A DNA stretch of 64,000 nucleotides from a virus. Where the stretch lies: the IMG/VR virus record IMGVR_UViG_3300033508_000214, positions 32,022 through 96,021 of that record. The stretch is one strand, 5' to 3'. The notes beneath the pieces are model-generated. The model had not been told where the DNA came from, did not search any database, and worked only from the letters and a program-made list of their open reading frames with translations. This document shows, piece by piece, positions 60,100-64,000 of the stretch (position 1 is its first letter; the number at the start of each line of letters is the position of its first letter). The translations under genes and the position numbers were made by a program.

Positions 60100-61888
60100 G
60101 TTTACAAAACTTAAATTCTCTAATGCGTTCTCGTATGGAGAAAATAATAAAATAGATTTAGATAGTGCAAACCTTACTCAACTTCTAGGTAGTAATGGTA
60201 ATGGGAAAAGCTCTATTGCTCTTATACTAGAAGAGGGTCTATTTAATACTAACTCTAAAAAGATTAAGAAAGCAGATGTTCTTAATAGATATGTAAAAGC
60301 TAAGTCCTATAATATTGAAGTAAGGTTTGAAAAAGATGGAGTCCCCTACACTGTTATTACTAGTAGGACTATCAGTACTGGTACTGTTAAACTCCTTAGG
60401 AATTCTACTGATATTAGCTCACATACGTCAACAGGAACTTATAAACAAATAGAGTATATTCTTGGATTTGACCATAAGACCTTTAGTCAAATTGTATACC
60501 AAAGTAGTGTATCATCACTAGAGTTTCTTACAGCAACAGATTCTGCTAGAAAAAAGTTCCTGATAGAATTACTTAATCTTAGCAAATATACTAAAGCATT
60601 AGATGTATTTAAAGAACTAAGTTCTGACTGTTCTAAACAGTTAGATATACTTAATAGTAAGATTCAAACTATTAATGGATGGATTCATAAGTATTCTTCT
60701 GTAGATACTACTATTAAAGAGTACTTAGATGAACCTAAAAGCGCAGATAATCTAAAAATTCAACTATCACAAGCATTAGATAAACTAGCTAATATTGATA
60801 GTACTAATAAGCAAATTCAGCAGAATAATACTTATAAAACTATATTAGATAGTATTGATATTTCTGTAGTTGTAGAAGCTCCTGCGTCTAGTAATATCGC
60901 TGAACTTAGGGTAGGCTTAGCAACAATTGCCAAGCAACTAAAAGATGGTGCTCAACTATCTAATAAGCCTAGTACTAAAACTATTAAGTGTCCAACCTGT
61001 TCACAGGATATGGATAATAGTGTTATGTTTTCTAGGATAGTAGCGTTTGAAGCACAGAAGCCTAGTTTAATAGTTGAACGAGCTATACTAGAAAATAGGA
61101 TAGCTCGTATAGAAGATGCTACTATAAAGTATTCTGAGCATACTAAAAAGCTTCAAGAATGGGAAAAGTATCATGCGTTATATAGTCCTAAACTAACGAC
61201 TACACTACTTGATAAAGATAAACTAACTACTGAGATTTCTGCACTTAGGGTGGAGATAGCTACTATAGAAGATAATATTAGTAAAGTTAGACACGCTAAC
61301 AAACTAATTGGTGAACACAACTCCAAGGCTAAGGTAGTATCGGAACAGATGGTGGATATGAAAAAAGATCTGCTAGAACTTAATCAGGAACTAGTTTTAA
61401 AGATTGATGAGCTATCTAATCTACAAGTACTAGTAAAGACCTTCAGTAATACTGGATTAATTGCATTCAAGATTGAATGCATGGTAAAAGATCTAGAAGA
61501 ACTTACTAACGAGTATCTTAGCGTTATGTCCGATGGTAGATTTCAGTTATCTTTTGTTGTTGTATCGGATAAATTAAATGTTGTTATTACTGACAACGGG
61601 CGTGATGTTGATATTGTTGCCCTATCTTCTGGTGAGCGTGCTAGAGTCAATGTATCAACTTTGCTCGCTATACGGAGGCTCATGCAGGCTCTGTCTAATA
61701 GTAGAACGAATCTTCTTATTCTTGATGAAACAGTAGAATCGCTTGACGCTGAGGGTAAGGAAAAATTAATTGAAGTTCTTCTACAAGAAGAATCCCTAAA
61801 TACCTTTTTAATATCACACGGATTTAGTCATCCTCTCCTAGAGAAGATTAGTGTAATTAAAGAGCATAATATAAGTAGGATAGAATGA
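60092..61888 (+). CDS. D13: D13 SbcC/Rad50-like ATPase
   Basis: GSNGNGKSS, CPTC hook, LSSGE, LILDE. Confidence 0.93.
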   Translation: MIKFTKLKFSNAFSYGENNKIDLDSANLTQLLGSNGNGKSSIALILEEGLFNTNSKKIKKADVLNRYVKAKSYNIEVRFEKDGVPYTVITSRTISTGTVKLLRNSTDISSHTSTGTYKQIEYILGFDHKTFSQIVYQSSVSSLEFLTATDSARKKFLIELLNLSKYTKALDVFKELSSDCSKQLDILNSKIQTINGWIHKYSSVDTTIKEYLDEPKSADNLKIQLSQALDKLANIDSTNKQIQQNNTYKTILDSIDISVVVEAPASSNIAELRVGLATIAKQLKDGAQLSNKPSTKTIKCPTCSQDMDNSVMFSRIVAFEAQKPSLIVERAILENRIARIEDATIKYSEHTKKLQEWEKYHALYSPKLTTTLLDKDKLTTEISALRVEIATIEDNISKVRHANKLIGEHNSKAKVVSEQMVDMKKDLLELNQELVLKIDELSNLQVLVKTFSNTGLIAFKIECMVKDLEELTNEYLSVMSDGRFQLSFVVVSDKLNVVITDNGRDVDIVALSSGERARVNVSTLLAIRRLMQALSNSRTNLLILDETVESLDAEGKEKLIEVLLQEESLNTFLISHGFSHPLLEKISVIKEHNISRIE

Positions 61889-62059
61889 TTAATATAGGAA
61901 AAATATACGCTAATAGAAACCGTATTAGTGACTTAGTAAAAGTAGAAAGTGTAGAGTATGACGACGGTATAAAGTGCGTATTCTTTTTCAGACTTACTAA
62001 AGATAGGAAGTTTAGGCTTCCTATTGAAATGTTTGACAAGAACTTTCAGGAAGTACCTA

Positions 62060-62509
62060 GTGGTTACGAGTAATCAAAAAGGTGCATATGGAGAAACTGT
62101 TATTCGTGACAAACTGCGCCAATTAACAGGATTACAGTGGGAGAGGGTACCGAGTTCTGGAGCACTTGACCCTAAGCACGGCTTAAAAGCAGACTTATAC
62201 TTACCTGGTCAGAATAACATATACGCTGTAGAATGTAAAAACTATACTGAAGAACAATTTACTAGCAAAGTATTATCTAGTAGTAAACCCAAACTATTAG
62301 AGTTTTGGTCGCAGTCTATGCGTCAAGCGCATCAGGTAAATAAAAAACCTTTACTAATATTTAAATTTGATCGCAGTAAGCTATTTGTAGCATATGAAAG
62401 TATTCCTAATGTAGTAGACCATGTATTCATTAGTGTAGGAATACATCAATTTTATGTGTCACTTCTAGAAGATTGGATACTACAAGAGAAACCTATATTT
62501 ATACAATGA
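62060..62509 (+). CDS. D14: D14 Holliday-junction-resolvase-like nuclease
   Basis: KG..GE..RVPSSGA..ADL..VECK; GTG start with AGGA SD. Confidence 0.85.
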   Translation: MVTSNQKGAYGETVIRDKLRQLTGLQWERVPSSGALDPKHGLKADLYLPGQNNIYAVECKNYTEEQFTSKVLSSSKPKLLEFWSQSMRQAHQVNKKPLLIFKFDRSKLFVAYESIPNVVDHVFISVGIHQFYVSLLEDWILQEKPIFIQ

Positions 62510-62604
62510 AAACATTTAATTATTGAAGTTTATGAAGCTGCTAAATATTAGCGTTGATTTTTATTATCCAATATGTTATAATATTGCTTATTGGAGAAAA
62601 TTAT

Positions 62605-63420
62605 ATGGCAAAATCACCTAATTGGAATAAAAATGAATTACAGATACTTGAGAATAATTACCCACATTTAGGATCAGGGCCTTCAATGTGTAGTATGTTA
62701 CCTGGCCGTACTTCCAAAAGTATTAATGTTAAAGCTAGTAGACTAGGATTAAAAATACTATTTGATAGGCAGTGGACAGAAGATGAAAATAGTATTTTGG
62801 CTAGTCTATATCCACAATTTGGATCTGATAAACCTACTATAGATGCTCTTATAAATAGAAGTAAGGAAAGTATTAAAATACATGCTGCTAGACTAGGTAT
62901 TAAGTGTAATAAATTAGATGGAAAAACAAAACCTATTGAAGTATACTTAGAAGAACTTGATATTATTGGAGTAACACTATTAGGTAGTTATACTGGTAGT
63001 AGGGATAAAATATTACATAGATGTAATAAATGTTTACATGAGTGGTATCCTACACCAAATAACCTAGTACAAGGTTCGGGTTGCCCTAATTGTTCCCATA
63101 AATTTAAGTATAAATATTCTTTAGGATGCTTATACTTAATAAATATAAATAATGAGTTTTTAAAGGTTGGTATAACTAGTAGACCTATTTCTTATAGACT
63201 TATGGAAATATCTAGGGAGCTTGAAATACCTTATACTTCTATTATTTTAATTAGTATTAAGGAGTGCCAAGGAGATAAAATACTATCAATAGAAAATAGT
63301 ATTTTAAATAACCCTAGATTAAACAGATATACTCATAATATTAAATTTAATGGGTATACAGAACTATTCAATATATCAGAGTTAGATAAATTGCAGAGTA
63401 TATTTAATGAAATCATTTAA
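62605..63420 (+). CDS. Putative homing endonuclease (Myb-like repeats, zinc ribbon, GIY-YIG/T5orf172-like C-terminus)
   Basis: Two W..E..IL...YP repeats; C..C.HEW..GCP.C; LYLI..KVGIT. Confidence 0.65.
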   Translation: MAKSPNWNKNELQILENNYPHLGSGPSMCSMLPGRTSKSINVKASRLGLKILFDRQWTEDENSILASLYPQFGSDKPTIDALINRSKESIKIHAARLGIKCNKLDGKTKPIEVYLEELDIIGVTLLGSYTGSRDKILHRCNKCLHEWYPTPNNLVQGSGCPNCSHKFKYKYSLGCLYLININNEFLKVGITSRPISYRLMEISRELEIPYTSIILISIKECQGDKILSIENSILNNPRLNRYTHNIKFNGYTELFNISELDKLQSIFNEII

Positions 63421-64000
63421 CAAAATAACCGAACAGGGTAATAATCTACTACTAGTAGATGGTTTAAATATGAGCTTCTCTTTTAGAGGGTATACTGACT
63501 ACTATAAAAAGTACTTAGATATGATAAATAGCCTTAAAAGGTCGTATAAAGCAGATAAATTAATTCTGTGTGTAGATAAAGGTGGATCTACGTATAGAAA
63601 AGGTATATATCCAGAATATAAGTATAATAGAAAACTAAAGCAAGACTCTCAGACGGAACAAGAGAGACAAGAGTTTGAGGATTTCTTTAAAAGCTTTGAA
63701 GCCTCGTTATTATACGTAGCAGAAAACTCAGATTACCCAATACTCAGGTACGATGGAGTAGAAGCAGATGATTCTATTGCGTTTATATGTTCTAAATTTA
63801 AATCTTTAGGAAAAGATCATATATGGATAATGAGTTCGGATAGAGATTTAAGTTTACTAGTAGATGATAACGTATCACAGTTCTCTTATGTTACTAGAAA
63901 AGAGACTACTAAGGAGAACTGGCATGAGCGTTTCGAATTCCCTATGGAAGATTATATTAGCATTAAGTGCCTCATGGGGGATGCTGGTGACAACGTGGCT
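63407..64000 (+). CDS. D15: D15 flap endonuclease / 5'-3' exonuclease (partial)
   Basis: LVDGLN, YPEYK.NRK, GVEADD, SSDRD, GDAGDNV. Confidence 0.92.
   Translation, partial: MKSFNKITEQGNNLLLVDGLNMSFSFRGYTDYYKKYLDMINSLKRSYKADKLILCVDKGGSTYRKGIYPEYKYNRKLKQDSQTEQERQEFEDFFKSFEASLLYVAENSDYPILRYDGVEADDSIAFICSKFKSLGKDHIWIMSSDRDLSLLVDDNVSQFSYVTRKETTKENWHERFEFPMEDYISIKCLMGDAGDNVA

Overview
This window is about 64 kb of a lytic T5-like siphophage (Demerecviridae-type gene order). Positions 1-6.9 kb hold minus-strand head and packaging genes: an in-frame prohead protease/major capsid ORF, portal, nicking HNH endonuclease, TerL and TerS. Positions 7.1-14.8 kb form a repeat-rich, pre-early-like region of small gene cassettes that opens with a dense array of NtrC-box-like palindromes. 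Positions 15-23 kb hold early genes (A2 paralogs, a promoter-driven hammerhead ribozyme, a phosphoesterase, ThyX, a SleB-like hydrolase). Positions 24-42 kb are an RNA island with about 22 tRNAs, tRNA-like RNAs, about 10 stem-closed ncRNA cassettes, a Ro60/TROVE gene flanked by two Y-RNA-like elements, ClpP, a C5 methyltransferase and a complete flagellin gene. Positions 42-64 kb are the T5-type replication module (D3, D2, split NAD ligase, D5, helicase, primase, DNA polymerase with a LAGLIDADG-carrying group I intron, D10-D15), with several free-standing homing endonucleases, two of them interrupted. All calls come from manual reading and remembered family motifs; no database searches or folding programs were run.
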